From contig NC_000909.1 of the NCBI RefSeq assembly GCF_000091665.1, forward strand, positions 60,001-92,000: DNA of 32,000 nt, written 5' to 3'. The translations under genes and the position numbers were made by a program. This DNA is from Methanocaldococcus jannaschii DSM 2661 (GTDB lineage: Archaea; AGJL01; Methanococci; Methanococcales; Methanocaldococcaceae). Within the stretch, counting starts at the first letter, position 1; the number at the start of each line of letters is the position of its first letter. This document shows, piece by piece, positions 1-9,242 of this stretch. The notes under the pieces were generated by a model. It saw nothing but the letters and a program-made list of their open reading frames with translations. It made no database searches and was not told the origin of the DNA.

Positions 1-225
1 GTTGTTTTAGCAAGGGAGTTGGAGATGTGCTATGTCTCTCTATGCAACATAACAAACTATGCCTGTGGAATATCAAAAAATATTTTAACAGTTGATGAAG
101 TTTTGGAAAAAATAAAAGAGATGGAAAATAAAATTTTGAAAGTTGTTGAGGACTTTATAAATTATGGCTTTGGAGAGAGAAAGTGTATCTGCAAAGATGC
201 TTTGAAACATGCTGTTATTGGGTAA
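1..225 (+). CDS. C-terminal fragment of a purine-nucleoside / 5'-methylthioadenosine phosphorylase-family protein (5' end lies outside the window)
   Basis: Frame 1 is open from base 1 (VVLARELEMCYVSLCNITNYACG...) and ends at TAA 223-225. The ARE..M.Y..L...TNYA block resembles the C-terminal region of MTAP/PNP-family enzymes. This is recalled from family motifs and only a fragment is visible. Confidence 0.5.
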   Translation, partial: VVLARELEMCYVSLCNITNYACGISKNILTVDEVLEKIKEMENKILKVVEDFINYGFGERKCICKDALKHAVIG

Positions 226-230
226 ATTAT

Positions 231-310
231 AAAACTAAAATCCTTTAATTTACACCTCCGAGCGTAAGCGAGGAGGTGTTGGGGTATCCCAATAGGGTTT
301 CCCTATGGGC
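231..310. repeat. GC-rich palindromic repeat element (two hairpins) immediately 3' of the phosphorylase gene, bracketed by an imperfect 30-nt direct repeat (201-230 / 311-340)
   Basis: Hairpin 1 is cacctcc (253-259) / ggaggtg (272-278). Hairpin 2 is cccaataggg (288-297) / ccctatggg (301-309) with one bulged A. The arms tatcccaatagg ... cctatgg recur at 31014-31041. The flanks aaacatgctGttattggGtaa and aaacatgctAttattggAtaa are 110 nt apart. Confidence 0.7.
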
Positions 311-362
311 TTTAAAACATGCTATTATTGGATAAGCTATTATTTTTATTTTAGGTGAGATA

Positions 363-605
363 ATGTTATCTAAAATTTTAGGTATATTTAAAGGCAAAGA
401 AAAAATTGAAGAGAAATCAAATAAAATAATTGAGATTGATTATAACAAATGTAAAAACTGTTTATCATGTTATAGAGTCTGTAAAAATAACGTTTTTGCT
501 ATAAAAAACAATAGAGTTGTTGTTAAAAATGAAAATAACTGCACAAAGTGTGGGGAGTGTTTAAAAGTTTGTAGGTATGGAGCAATAATACTTTATGATG
601 CTTAA
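363..605 (+). CDS. Small 2x[4Fe-4S] ferredoxin-like protein
   Basis: 80 aa with two CxxCxxCxxxC cluster motifs (CKNCLSCYRVC and CTKCGECLKVC). The ATG is preceded by aggtgaga. Confidence 0.8.
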   Translation: MLSKILGIFKGKEKIEEKSNKIIEIDYNKCKNCLSCYRVCKNNVFAIKNNRVVVKNENNCTKCGECLKVCRYGAIILYDA

Positions 606-617
606 AAGGGATAACCT

Positions 618-1241
618 ATGGGACTAAAAAACAAGATAATAAAAATCTACGAACTTAATGAAGAGGAGAGAAAAAAAGTTTTAGAATTTTTAAAAAAAGA
701 GATATTAAATGGAAAGATTGTCATCTGTGGGACTGACACTTTATATGGTATTTCAGCAAACGCTTTAAATGAAAAAGCAGTAAGAAAAGTTTATAATATA
801 AAGAGGAGGGAGTTCAACAAGCCTCTATCAATATGTGTTAGAGATAAGAATGAGATTGAAAAATACGCTTATGTAAATGATTTAGCTAAAAAAATTATTG
901 ATAAATTTCTTCCAGGACCTTTAACGATAATTTTAAAGAAAAAACCAGGTATTCCAGATATTGTAGCTAAAGATTATATTGGGATAAGAATCCCAGATGA
1001 ACCAATTATTAGAGAGCTTTCTATAGTTCCTTTAACAACCACATCAGCAAATATTTCTGGAAAAGAAAGCCCTACTACTGTGGATGAGATAGATAAAGAA
1101 GTGTTGAAAAAAGTAGATTATGTTATTGATATTGGAAAATGCAAATATTCAAAACCTTCTACAATTATTAAAATAGAGGATGATAAAATAATATCAATTA
1201 GGGAGGGAGTCATCCCTATTCAAAAATTAGCGAGATGTTGA
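618..1241 (+). CDS. tsaC: YrdC/TsaC-type L-threonylcarbamoyladenylate synthase (Sua5/YrdC/YciO family, single-domain form)
   Basis: 207 aa. It carries GTDTLYGISANA, a KxR motif (IKRR), a SxN motif (TTSANISG) and IGIRIP, all typical of the family. There is no Sua5 C-terminal domain. Confidence 0.75.
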   Translation: MGLKNKIIKIYELNEEERKKVLEFLKKEILNGKIVICGTDTLYGISANALNEKAVRKVYNIKRREFNKPLSICVRDKNEIEKYAYVNDLAKKIIDKFLPGPLTIILKKKPGIPDIVAKDYIGIRIPDEPIIRELSIVPLTTTSANISGKESPTTVDEIDKEVLKKVDYVIDIGKCKYSKPSTIIKIEDDKIISIREGVIPIQKLARC

Positions 1242-1321
1242 TACCTAAAAATAAGTAATTATAATATGATATAATTATTAAGTAAAGAACTTAATTAAAA
1301 ATTGAATTTCGGGTGTTTCAA

Positions 1322-1858
1322 ATGGAAAATAGAAATGATGAACTTTTTATAAAATTGGATAGTTCTATAAAATCACTACTAAGAAGTGCCAGAGAATTCA
1401 AAAAAGAGAATGAAAGTATCTCCAATGTGCTATTACAATTAGCGGAAATGTTGGATAACATTGATAAAACATTAGAAATTATTGAAAAAAACTTTCAAAT
1501 AATTCTAAAAAATCGTGAAAGTGGTAAATTTTCTAATAATGAGATTATCCAAAAATTTGTTAAACCTTTAGAAAATTTAATCAAAGTTATTGAAAATATT
1601 GAAAGCACATCTAACAATTTAAAAAATGAAATTGAGAATTGTGCGTCATCAATCCCTACATTAAAAGAAATAACAGATAAACTTAAAATTATAAATATGG
1701 AGTCAGCAACTCAGGCCATAGAGGAATTTAAAATAGCATACGACATGTTAGAGGATAACAGAAAAAATTTAGATGAGTTAATTGAAAAAACTAAAATATT
1801 AAAAGATAAATTAAAGAATCTCCTTCTACAAATTGATAATTTTCTAAATGAGCATTGA
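1322..1858 (+). CDS. Hypothetical coiled-coil protein
   Basis: The ORF track starts at GTG 1313, but ATG 1322 lies 6 nt after GGTG. The protein is rich in K/E/N/I/L heptad-like sequence and has no recognisable catalytic motif. Confidence 0.55.
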   Translation: MENRNDELFIKLDSSIKSLLRSAREFKKENESISNVLLQLAEMLDNIDKTLEIIEKNFQIILKNRESGKFSNNEIIQKFVKPLENLIKVIENIESTSNNLKNEIENCASSIPTLKEITDKLKIINMESATQAIEEFKIAYDMLEDNRKNLDELIEKTKILKDKLKNLLLQIDNFLNEH

Positions 1859-1896
1859 AAATAACTTTTGTGGGGAGGGGCGTTTAGGTGATAAAG

Positions 1897-2457
1897 ATGA
1901 ACGATAAACAAGCTGATTGGCTTAATAAATTAATAGAAGAACTCGACAAGAGCTCTTCAAGCGTTTTAGAAACAGAAATTGTATTAGATGAAATTATAAC
2001 AAAGCTTAATAACTTAATTTCTGAAATTAACAACTATATCACTGAAATACATTATGGATTAAGAATAACAAATGAGAGAATAAATCTATCTGTTTCAGAA
2101 TTGGATGAATTAGAGAAAAAATTAAAAGAATATTTAGATTTTGCAGAAAATATGAAAAAATCTGTTGAAAATACCCATAACGCAATAATAGCTGTTAAAA
2201 ATGAAATGAGAGATATAAAACATTCATTAGAGGAATCTTCACTCAAAATAAGCAATAGATATAACCTTATGGAAGATACTTTAAAACATCATAGCAAAAA
2301 GATTGAAAGTTTAAGCAACAGCATTAAATCCTTATCAAAAACTCAAGAATCTATAATTAACTCTATAAATTCAACTAAAATGCTACTATATATCACAATT
2401 GCATTAACTGTTGTAAATCTGATTATCTCACTAAAAACTTCAGGCATTATTGGCTAA
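1897..2457 (+). CDS. Hypothetical coiled-coil protein with a C-terminal transmembrane anchor
   Basis: The track starts at GTG 1888, but ATG 1897 follows aggtga. The body is a long coiled coil, and a hydrophobic tail ([18 protein letters not shown]) sits near the C-terminus. Confidence 0.55.
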
Positions 2458-2459
2458 AT

Positions 2460-3551
2460 TTAATAAACGAATTCTTCATAACAAATATTATTATCATTAA
2501 ATATTTTTTTAACTTCATCTAAAAGCTCTTGATAGCAGTATTTTTTGTTAAGGTTTAAATTTTTTTCTAATATTCTGCCAACATCATCATCCCGCATATT
2601 TTTAATTAGAAAAATTACTGAACCTTTTAATATAACTGGATTTTTTAATATCTCATCTCTATCCCCATCTGTAATGCCAATAATCTTTATTCCAAATCTT
2701 GCCAATATATCTCCACATATTGTTGTAGTATCATCTCCAATTGTAATCACTGCCACAACGCCTTTATTTTTAATCATCTCTATAACATCCTCTCCAGCAT
2801 GATTTATAATGATTGTATATCCTTCATCAATCTCTTTACTCTCAATCTTTGGATTTGTTGGATGCCTCCTCAAAATCCCGGTTTTTATAACTGCCTTTTT
2901 TAAATCAACATTTTTTAATTTTTCAATTCCTCCTTCCTTTAACTCTCCTCCAATAATATCAACTAACTTCCCATTCTCAGCAATTAAAATAACTTCATTA
3001 CTCTTAGCTTTTCCAACAACAATGCCATTTACCAATATTGCTTCACCAACATCAACACCATGAACCTTTCTAAAAACTCTCCCCTCTTTTTCCCAAACCT
3101 CTAAGCCATTACTTATACATTTTTCAATCTTTAAATTTAATTCTTTTGATAAATAATTAGCTATTTCTTTAACAATTTTTGAATTATCATCATTCCAAAT
3201 AATTATAGTTCCATCCTCTTCTCCCGGTCTCTCAATCTGAATTATTGGTTTATTTAAATTAGCTCTCTCAACTACGATTTTTCCAAATGTATGCCCTGTA
3301 ATCTTAGATTTTCCATAGTTCATTAAAATTAAAATATCATTGTTAGCTAATTTTTTTAATGATTGGGAAGGCATCAATTTTTCAGATATATCAATAATAT
3401 CTTGCAGATTGTTGTCTATAACAGCAACTCTTCCCATTGTACCTCCTAACTTTGCCTTAACCTCTCCAAATTTCTTCAGTAAATTTATGATTTTTAATGC
3501 GTAGCCACTATCTATAATCTCAGGTCCATGAATAACAACACCAATCCTCAT
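2460..3551 (-). CDS. Conserved archaeal hypothetical protein, function unknown
   Basis: 363-aa ORF with an ATG start and balanced composition. The plus-strand ORFs 2545-2802 and 2809-3063 across it are low-complexity antisense artefacts. I could not recognise a diagnostic motif. Confidence 0.6.
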   Translation of the reverse strand: MRIGVVIHGPEIIDSGYALKIINLLKKFGEVKAKLGGTMGRVAVIDNNLQDIIDISEKLMPSQSLKKLANNDILILMNYGKSKITGHTFGKIVVERANLNKPIIQIERPGEEDGTIIIWNDDNSKIVKEIANYLSKELNLKIEKCISNGLEVWEKEGRVFRKVHGVDVGEAILVNGIVVGKAKSNEVILIAENGKLVDIIGGELKEGGIEKLKNVDLKKAVIKTGILRRHPTNPKIESKEIDEGYTIIINHAGEDVIEMIKNKGVVAVITIGDDTTTICGDILARFGIKIIGITDGDRDEILKNPVILKGSVIFLIKNMRDDDVGRILEKNLNLNKKYCYQELLDEVKKIFNDNNICYEEFVY

Positions 3552-3653
3552 AATCTCACTTTAAGTAAATAATTAATAAATTTCACTATTTGTAAGGAAA
3601 TAATTATAAAATGTTTCCCTCCATATAAAGAAACATTATATAAAGCTTAAAGT

Positions 3654-5078
3654 TTATTGCCTTTTATGTTTCCATCTCCACAAACCTTTTTTTATCCACC
3701 CCTCTCCTAAGTTATGTTTTTCAGCATATTCTCTCAAAACATTTTCCCACTTTTCCCAAAGTTTTGGAAATTCTCTTTTTATTTTATTCATCTCTCCCAT
3801 TTCCATAGCTGGACACATAAAACAGCCAATCCTATCAAATCCCTTCTCATACAGTTTGTTGTATGGAGCTTTCTCTCTCAACAGATATATCCAAACATGC
3901 AGAGAACTCCAATGGAATATTGGGAGGGCATTTATCTGCTTTTTAATGTAAGTGTTTCTATGAATTCTCTTTTTAGTAGCTCTATTAAAGCTCTCATACT
4001 TCCTAATCCCAACAAAGGACAAAACATCATCTTCGTAATTCTCTTCAATAAACTTTTTTAACGGCTCTAACTTACAGATTTCAGAACACCATCTATAATC
4101 TCTTGCTGGAATGCCGTATTCTTTAACTTTCTCCCAGAAATTCTCTCCTCTCAGCCTAATTATTTTAATACCATAGTGTCTTTCAACATCTTCAACGTTT
4201 TTTAGTGTTTCCTCAAATTCTAAGCCAGTGTCTATAAACACAACATCTATGTCTTTACCTAAAGCCTTTAATGTTAAAATTAAAGTAACTAAGCTATCTT
4301 TTCCTCCAGAGAATGCAACCATAACGGGTTTTTTAATTTTTTCATAAGTATTTTTTATAAATCCAATAGCATTTCTTTCATAATTATCTATAACTCCCTC
4401 ATTAGCTCTAACCATTAAATCGAATGCCTCTTCTAAGTTATCATAAATCTTTCCAGGCTTATAATCTTCATTATCTTTAATAAAAAATCTAACCTTAACT
4501 ACTTTTCCCTTCTCCATGTTTTTTATATCTTCGGAGGAAACAACAGCTAATCCAACACCAACAACTCTGTCATTCTCATCAACTATTATCACATCATCTT
4601 TCTCTTCAATATCATCCGTAAATTCGACTATTCCAGGTCTTAAAACAGAACCCTTTCTATTTTTTAAAAATTCTACAACATCATTCTTTATTTTAATTAT
4701 TTTTTTGTAAGCTCCTTTTTCCATTAAATCCTTTGCTCCATTTAACTTTAGCTTAACTTTCCATTTCTCCTTATCTTCATCAAAATATATCAGATATTTA
4801 ACTTCTCCATCAACTATAATCTCATAAGCCTCCTCATTACCAGGAATTTTATTTAACAAAATAATTTTTCCATTTAATACATTTTTAGCTCCAAATTCTT
4901 CTTCCAAAATTTTATTTATAAAATCCATGTCATACTGAAATCCCAATCTTGGGTCTCCTGGTGGAGTTAGCTTTACTTCTTCAGCTTTTGAGCCACAAAC
5001 TTCACAAACTCTCCCTAATAATGGGACATTACAATTTTTACACCATTTTAAATGTATCTTTCCAATGTATGTCTTCAT
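3654..5078 (-). CDS. PP-loop ATPase of the PAPS-reductase family, fused to an N-terminal zinc ribbon and a PUA-like domain
   Basis: PP-loop motif AFSGGKDS. N-terminal CxxC...CxxC (WCKNCN...CEVCG). PUA-like block LRPGIVEFTDDIEEKDDVIIVDENDRVVGVGLAVVSSEDI...KGKVVKV. C-terminal RIGCFMCP. The track start 5096 is TTG; ATG 5078 (MKTYIGK) follows ggaagtga. Confidence 0.75.
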   Translation of the reverse strand: MKTYIGKIHLKWCKNCNVPLLGRVCEVCGSKAEEVKLTPPGDPRLGFQYDMDFINKILEEEFGAKNVLNGKIILLNKIPGNEEAYEIIVDGEVKYLIYFDEDKEKWKVKLKLNGAKDLMEKGAYKKIIKIKNDVVEFLKNRKGSVLRPGIVEFTDDIEEKDDVIIVDENDRVVGVGLAVVSSEDIKNMEKGKVVKVRFFIKDNEDYKPGKIYDNLEEAFDLMVRANEGVIDNYERNAIGFIKNTYEKIKKPVMVAFSGGKDSLVTLILTLKALGKDIDVVFIDTGLEFEETLKNVEDVERHYGIKIIRLRGENFWEKVKEYGIPARDYRWCSEICKLEPLKKFIEENYEDDVLSFVGIRKYESFNRATKKRIHRNTYIKKQINALPIFHWSSLHVWIYLLREKAPYNKLYEKGFDRIGCFMCPAMEMGEMNKIKREFPKLWEKWENVLREYAEKHNLGEGWIKKGLWRWKHKRQ

Positions 5079-5159
5079 AATTATCACTTCCCACAAAGAA
5101 ACTTTTATATACCAAATTAAAGAAAATCTTTTTAGTTTTAGATAAGTTATTTATATAGG

Positions 5160-5471
5160 GTGATTATTTTGGACTTCTCACAGTTTCTTCCAGATATAGG
5201 TAGCGGATTTATTATTGGATTTGTTATTGGCTGGGCTGCAAAAAAGGCTATAAAAGTAGTGGCATTCTTAATAGGGATTTATATATTATCTTTGCTCTAT
5301 TTGGCTAAAATAGGAGTTATTAGCATTAATAAGGAAGCGTTTTCAGCATTACTTGGAAATCTTGAAAATTCGTTATTGGTGTTTGGAGATAAGATTATTG
5401 GACTTATCCATTCATTTTCGTTTGGGACATCTTTCCTAATAGGATTCGGACTGGGATTTAAAAAAGGATAA
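5160..5471 (+). CDS. Small integral membrane protein (about 3 TM segments, possibly FUN14-like)
   Basis: 103 aa with a GTG start. There are three hydrophobic stretches ([38 protein letters not shown]). The family label is tentative. Confidence 0.55.
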
Positions 5472-5513
5472 AATTATAAAATTTAATTTAATTTAAAATT
5501 TAATTAATTTTTT

Positions 5514-5861
5514 TTATTTTTCTAACTCTACAACATCAACGGGCTCTAATGGAATATTTTTTAAAACTTTTCCAATTGTTGCCTTAGCTATTCTAATAGC
5601 ATGTTCTGGACTTTCAGCATTAAATACCTTCATAGATAGTAAAACACCAACCAAAGCTGTTCTTGCTACAACTAAAACACAATCTACCAACTCTCCACAT
5701 TTCGGACAGATAGTTAATCCAATGTCTATATCTACATAGTTCAATCCTTCTTTATTCAACATCTTCCCTATTTGTGATATAGTTACGCTTATAGCGTCTT
5801 CAACATCATCTACGTTTCTCACAATATATGCAGCTTGTAAAGTCACATGATAATTCGGCAT
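5514..5861 (-). CDS. Small conserved archaeal protein (UPF0212/DUF555-like)
   Basis: 115 aa with an ATG start. The N-terminus [14 protein letters not shown] and the motif [10 protein letters not shown] match my recollection of the UPF0212 family. Function is unknown. Confidence 0.6.
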   Translation of the reverse strand: MPNYHVTLQAAYIVRNVDDVEDAISVTISQIGKMLNKEGLNYVDIDIGLTICPKCGELVDCVLVVARTALVGVLLSMKVFNAESPEHAIRIAKATIGKVLKNIPLEPVDVVELEK

Positions 5862-6006
5862 CTTATCTCACCAACTACCAAAAATCTCGTTTTATCTAAA
5901 ATCTTAATTTTTATTAATTACCTTAGTTACGGCTTCTATTATTTAAAGTTATTGTTTGATAAATTTTAAATAATTCCTTTATCCACTCATAAACTTAAAA
6001 GGTTTT

Positions 6007-6909
6007 ATGGGGATGGACATGATAGAGATGATTGAAAAGGCAGAGATTTTAATGGAAGCTCTTCCATTCATACAGAAATTTTATGGGAAGATTTTTGTCA
6101 TAAAGTATGGCGGGCATGCGATGATTGATGAGAAGGCAAAGAATTGGACTGCTCAAGATGTTGTTTTGTTGAAGTATGTTGGAATAAATCCAGTTGTAGT
6201 TCATGGTGGAGGTCCAGAAATCAACAAAGCAATGGAAAAAATGGGGAAGAAACCAGAGTTTGTCCATGGGTTGAGAGTTACTGATGAAGAAACTTTAGAT
6301 ATTGTTGAAATGGTTTTAGCCGGAAAGATTAATGGAGACATTGTCTCAAAGTTATCAAAGTTTGGTGGAAAGGCTGTTGGACTATCTGGAAAATCTGGAA
6401 GGATAATTTTAGCCAAGAAAAAATTAAAGAAAATAAAAACTGAAAAAGGGGAGGAGATAGAGGTTGATTTAGGTAGAGTTGGAGAGACAGTTGAGGTTAA
6501 TACTGAACTATTAGAGATTTTGATAAACAACGGCTACATCCCAGTTGTATCACCAATTGGTTTGGATGAGAAGGGAGAGGCATATAATTTAAATGCCGAT
6601 ACCGTTGCTGGAGACATAGCTGGAGCTTTGAAGGCGGAGAAGCTTATTTTAATAACAGATGTTGATGGAATAATGGATGATATAAATAATCCAGAGACGT
6701 TGCATAGAAAATTAACAGCTTCAGAACTAAAAGAAATGATAGAAGATGGAAGAATAAAGGGAGGGATGATTCCAAAGGCTGAAAGTGCCTTATATGCCTT
6801 AGAGCATGGAGTTAAGAGCGTTCATATAATAAATGGAAAGATTCCTCATGCTTTGTTGTTGGAGATATTTACAGAGGAGGGTATTGGGACGATGATAACA
6901 AGAGATTAA
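6007..6909 (+). CDS. argB: Acetylglutamate kinase
   Basis: The motifs VIKYGGHAM, VVVHGGGPEIN, VSPIG, AYNLNADTVAG, LILITDVDG and GGMIPK are the hallmark AAK-family ArgB motifs. The first ATG was used; the exact start is uncertain (several in-frame Met). Confidence 0.92.
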   Translation: MGMDMIEMIEKAEILMEALPFIQKFYGKIFVIKYGGHAMIDEKAKNWTAQDVVLLKYVGINPVVVHGGGPEINKAMEKMGKKPEFVHGLRVTDEETLDIVEMVLAGKINGDIVSKLSKFGGKAVGLSGKSGRIILAKKKLKKIKTEKGEEIEVDLGRVGETVEVNTELLEILINNGYIPVVSPIGLDEKGEAYNLNADTVAGDIAGALKAEKLILITDVDGIMDDINNPETLHRKLTASELKEMIEDGRIKGGMIPKAESALYALEHGVKSVHIINGKIPHALLLEIFTEEGIGTMITRD

Positions 6910-6965
6910 AGTTTTTATATTATAAACTACTTAAGAATTAAAATAAGACAAATAAGGGGATAACT

Positions 6966-7214
6966 ATGCTCAATATAAACAAAGAGATAGCACAAATAGA
7001 AACTGAATTGAATGAATTGAAAAAATTGAGAGATGAAATCTCTGAAAGGATTGAAAAATTAGAAATAAAGTTATTAAAATTGAAAGCATTAGCTATTCCA
7101 GAGGAGGAATTTGAAGAGGATTATGAAGAAATTATAGAAGATGTTAAAAAATCTCTGGATAAAAAAGAGACTGTGCCAGCAGAAGAGGCTTTGAAAGAAT
7201 TGGGATTATTATGA
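6966..7214 (+). CDS. relB: RelB-like antitoxin (archaeal type, coiled-coil and acidic)
   Basis: 82-aa acidic helical protein. Its stop overlaps the downstream ATG (ATGA at 7211-7214), and its partner is a clear RelE-fold toxin. Confidence 0.7.
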   Translation: MLNINKEIAQIETELNELKKLRDEISERIEKLEIKLLKLKALAIPEEEFEEDYEEIIEDVKKSLDKKETVPAEEALKELGLL

Positions 7215-7483
7215 AGTTTAACGTTGAGATACATAAAAGAGTCTTAAAAGATTTAAAGGATTTGCCTCCCTCAAACTTAAAGAAGTTTAAAGAACTAATA
7301 GAAACATTAAAAACCAATCCCATTCCAAAAGAAAAATTTGATATTAAAAGATTAAAAGGCAGTGATGAGGTTTATAGAGTTAGAATTGGAAAATTTAGAG
7401 TTCAATATGTTGTTTTATGGGATGATAGAATAATAATAATTAGAAAGATAAGTAGAAGAGAAGGAGCTTATAAAAATCCCTAA
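7211..7483 (+). CDS. relE: RelE/ParE-family mRNA interferase toxin
   Basis: 90 aa. The sequence ...KRLKGSDEVYRVRIGKFRVQYVVLWDDRIIIIRKISRREGAY is the typical RelE C-terminal beta-sheet signature. There is a 4-nt overlap with relB. Confidence 0.85.
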   Translation: MKFNVEIHKRVLKDLKDLPPSNLKKFKELIETLKTNPIPKEKFDIKRLKGSDEVYRVRIGKFRVQYVVLWDDRIIIIRKISRREGAYKNP

Positions 7484-7561
7484 GCTATTAAAAATTCTAA
7501 TGGCTACATTTTTATATCTCTTTTCTTAATTCAAATAGAAAAAACAGATTCGGCTGATACC

Positions 7562-8010
7562 ATGATTATTCTTTTAGATTTAAATGGAACAATAGCTACT
7601 GATGGGAAGATAAAAGAGGGAGTTAAAGAGAGATTAACTATTTTAAAAGAAAGAGCTGAAATATATATTTTATCGGCAGATACTTCGGAACTTTAAACGA
7701 TATTGCTAAAAGCTTAAATGTCAAAGGTATGAAGGTAGATAGAGAGAAATACGGCAGTGAAAAGATAGCTAAATTAAAAATTTTAGAAGAGTTAAAAAAA
7801 GAAAATCCCAACAAAAAAATTATTGCTATAGGAAATGGAAATAACGATGAACTATTATTAAAAAATGCTGATTTAGGCATCTGCGTTATTGGAGATGAAG
7901 GAGCTTGGAGTAAAACGATATTAAGCTCTGATATAGTTGTTAAAGATATAAATGATGCTTTAGATTTATTGTTAAATGAAAATAGATTGAAAGCTACAAG
8001 TAGGGATTAA
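7562..8010 (+). pseudogene. HAD-superfamily / soluble P-type-ATPase-like phosphatase (COG4087-like), split by a 1-nt frameshift near 7684
   Basis: Frame 2 from ATG 7562 gives MIILLDLNGTIATDG...ILSADTSEL* with stop 7694-7696. Frame 1 is open from 7660 and continues ..FGTLNDIAKSLNVKGMKVD...AIGNGNNDELLLKNADLGICVIG... to 8010. HAD motif I (DLNGT) is in the first part and motif III (GNGNND) in the second. One extra T in act-tcg would restore ADTFGTLND. Confidence 0.8.
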
Positions 8011-8012
8011 AA

Positions 8013-9089
8013 TTATAGCAATCTCTTTATAGCATTCCAGACTAAATAACTTTGAGGCTTTAAAATTCTCTTTTGCGGATTTAAAAATAAAATATTCTCC
8101 TTAACTAAGTAAACATAAACTGGTGTTGGAATATCTTTCTTAGGTATCTCATACTTATCCTTAAATAATCTTAATGCTTTAATGATATCTTCTTTATTTA
8201 TCTCAATAACTTCATTTCCAACCTCTACCCTTGGCTTTGAATAATCTAAAATTTCTAAAAACATATCTAATTTAGAAATCTCATCATTTAACAGGTAATC
8301 TAAAACTTCCTTTAAATCTTTAAAATTGCTTTCTTCAACAACATATTTTATATCCTTTGGCTTCCCTCCTACGTAATTATAGATTAACTCTTTATCTTCA
8401 TTAGTTAAGCTGATGTTATTCTCTTTAGCTAAAAAATCCATAAACTTTAAGGCAGTTTCTTTATCAAAATCATCCACCAATAGATACTTAGCCCTACCAT
8501 CTAACATCGCCTCATTATAAACCCTCTCTATAAACAAACTATCAGAACTTAAACAAAAAACATGACATAGATGCTTATGCTTTGTTAGAGAAACAAAATA
8601 ATTAAACAACTCATAGATTAAGAATCCATTAATCTTCATATCACCAATCTTTTGTAATTCATCTATAATTAAAATTGGCTGTTTCCCTTCTTTTTTAATA
8701 TCCATTAATACTTTAGTTATATATCTAAAGACATTTTTAGTTGTCTTTTTCTTCAAGATTTCTTCTAATGTATTTTTTGGTGCTGGAATACCACATAGAG
8801 AAGGAACGTCCTTTATCAAACTCTTTATAATTTCTACTGGCTTTTTATTTCCCTCATATTCTTCAAATAAAACTTCAATGAAGTCGTCATACTTAGAAAT
8901 AAAAATCTCCCTTAAATCAAAATAAAACACAACATATTTATCCTTGTCCAACCTATTGTTAATAATCTCATTGATTAAGGCAGTTTTACCGCTATTTATA
9001 GGGCCGTAGATAAAATAAACGTCATCTGGCTCTCTATTTAATATATGAAGTATTTCAGCAATCTCCTTTTCTCTATCAAAGAATTTCAT
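8013..9089 (-). CDS. Archaeal AAA-type ATPase (Arch_ATPase / COG1672-like), paralog 1
   Basis: 358 aa. It has FFDREKEI, a Walker A (YGPINSGKT) and a Walker B (ILIIDELQ). It is about 55-60% identical by eye to the neighbouring gene. GGGGTG lies upstream of the ATG. Confidence 0.8.
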   Translation of the reverse strand: MKFFDREKEIAEILHILNREPDDVYFIYGPINSGKTALINEIINNRLDKDKYVVFYFDLREIFISKYDDFIEVLFEEYEGNKKPVEIIKSLIKDVPSLCGIPAPKNTLEEILKKKTTKNVFRYITKVLMDIKKEGKQPILIIDELQKIGDMKINGFLIYELFNYFVSLTKHKHLCHVFCLSSDSLFIERVYNEAMLDGRAKYLLVDDFDKETALKFMDFLAKENNISLTNEDKELIYNYVGGKPKDIKYVVEESNFKDLKEVLDYLLNDEISKLDMFLEILDYSKPRVEVGNEVIEINKEDIIKALRLFKDKYEIPKKDIPTPVYVYLVKENILFLNPQKRILKPQSYLVWNAIKRLL

Positions 9090-9119
9090 AGAAACACCCC
9101 TTCTTTATCAAACAAAGCT

Positions 9120-9170
9120 CTATAATAACTTTTTTATAGCATTCCATACTAAAAAACTTTGAGGCTTTAA
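9120..9170 (-). pseudogene. Orphan duplicate of the last ~16 codons of the 9233-10324 ATPase gene
   Basis: The minus strand reads ..[17 protein letters not shown] (stop = cta 9120-9122). The 38 nt at 9133-9170 are identical to 9255-9292 inside the intact gene. No upstream ORF is attached (stop at 9180-9182). Confidence 0.8.
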
Positions 9171-9242
9171 AGGAAACTTTTAGTAAAAGTTTCATCAAAA
9201 CTCGTCCATTAAGTTGGGACTTTCAGTCCCAATTAATGTCCA
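9171..9242. repeat. Modular palindromic repeat element separating the intact gene end from its orphan duplicate
   Basis: Hairpin gaaactttt (9173-9181) / aaaagtttc (9185-9193). Linker gtttcatcaaaa. Hairpin cattaa-g-ttgggact (9207-9221), loop ttc, agtcccaa-ttaatg (9225-9238). The same module order occurs at 30907-31004. Confidence 0.75.

Noticed and set aside
2545-3063. Plus-strand ORFs 2545-2802 and 2809-3063
   Set aside because: They are antisense to a well-formed 363-aa minus-strand gene. Their translations are low-complexity S/F/I/P-rich strings typical of the reverse complement of K/E/N-rich AT-rich coding DNA.
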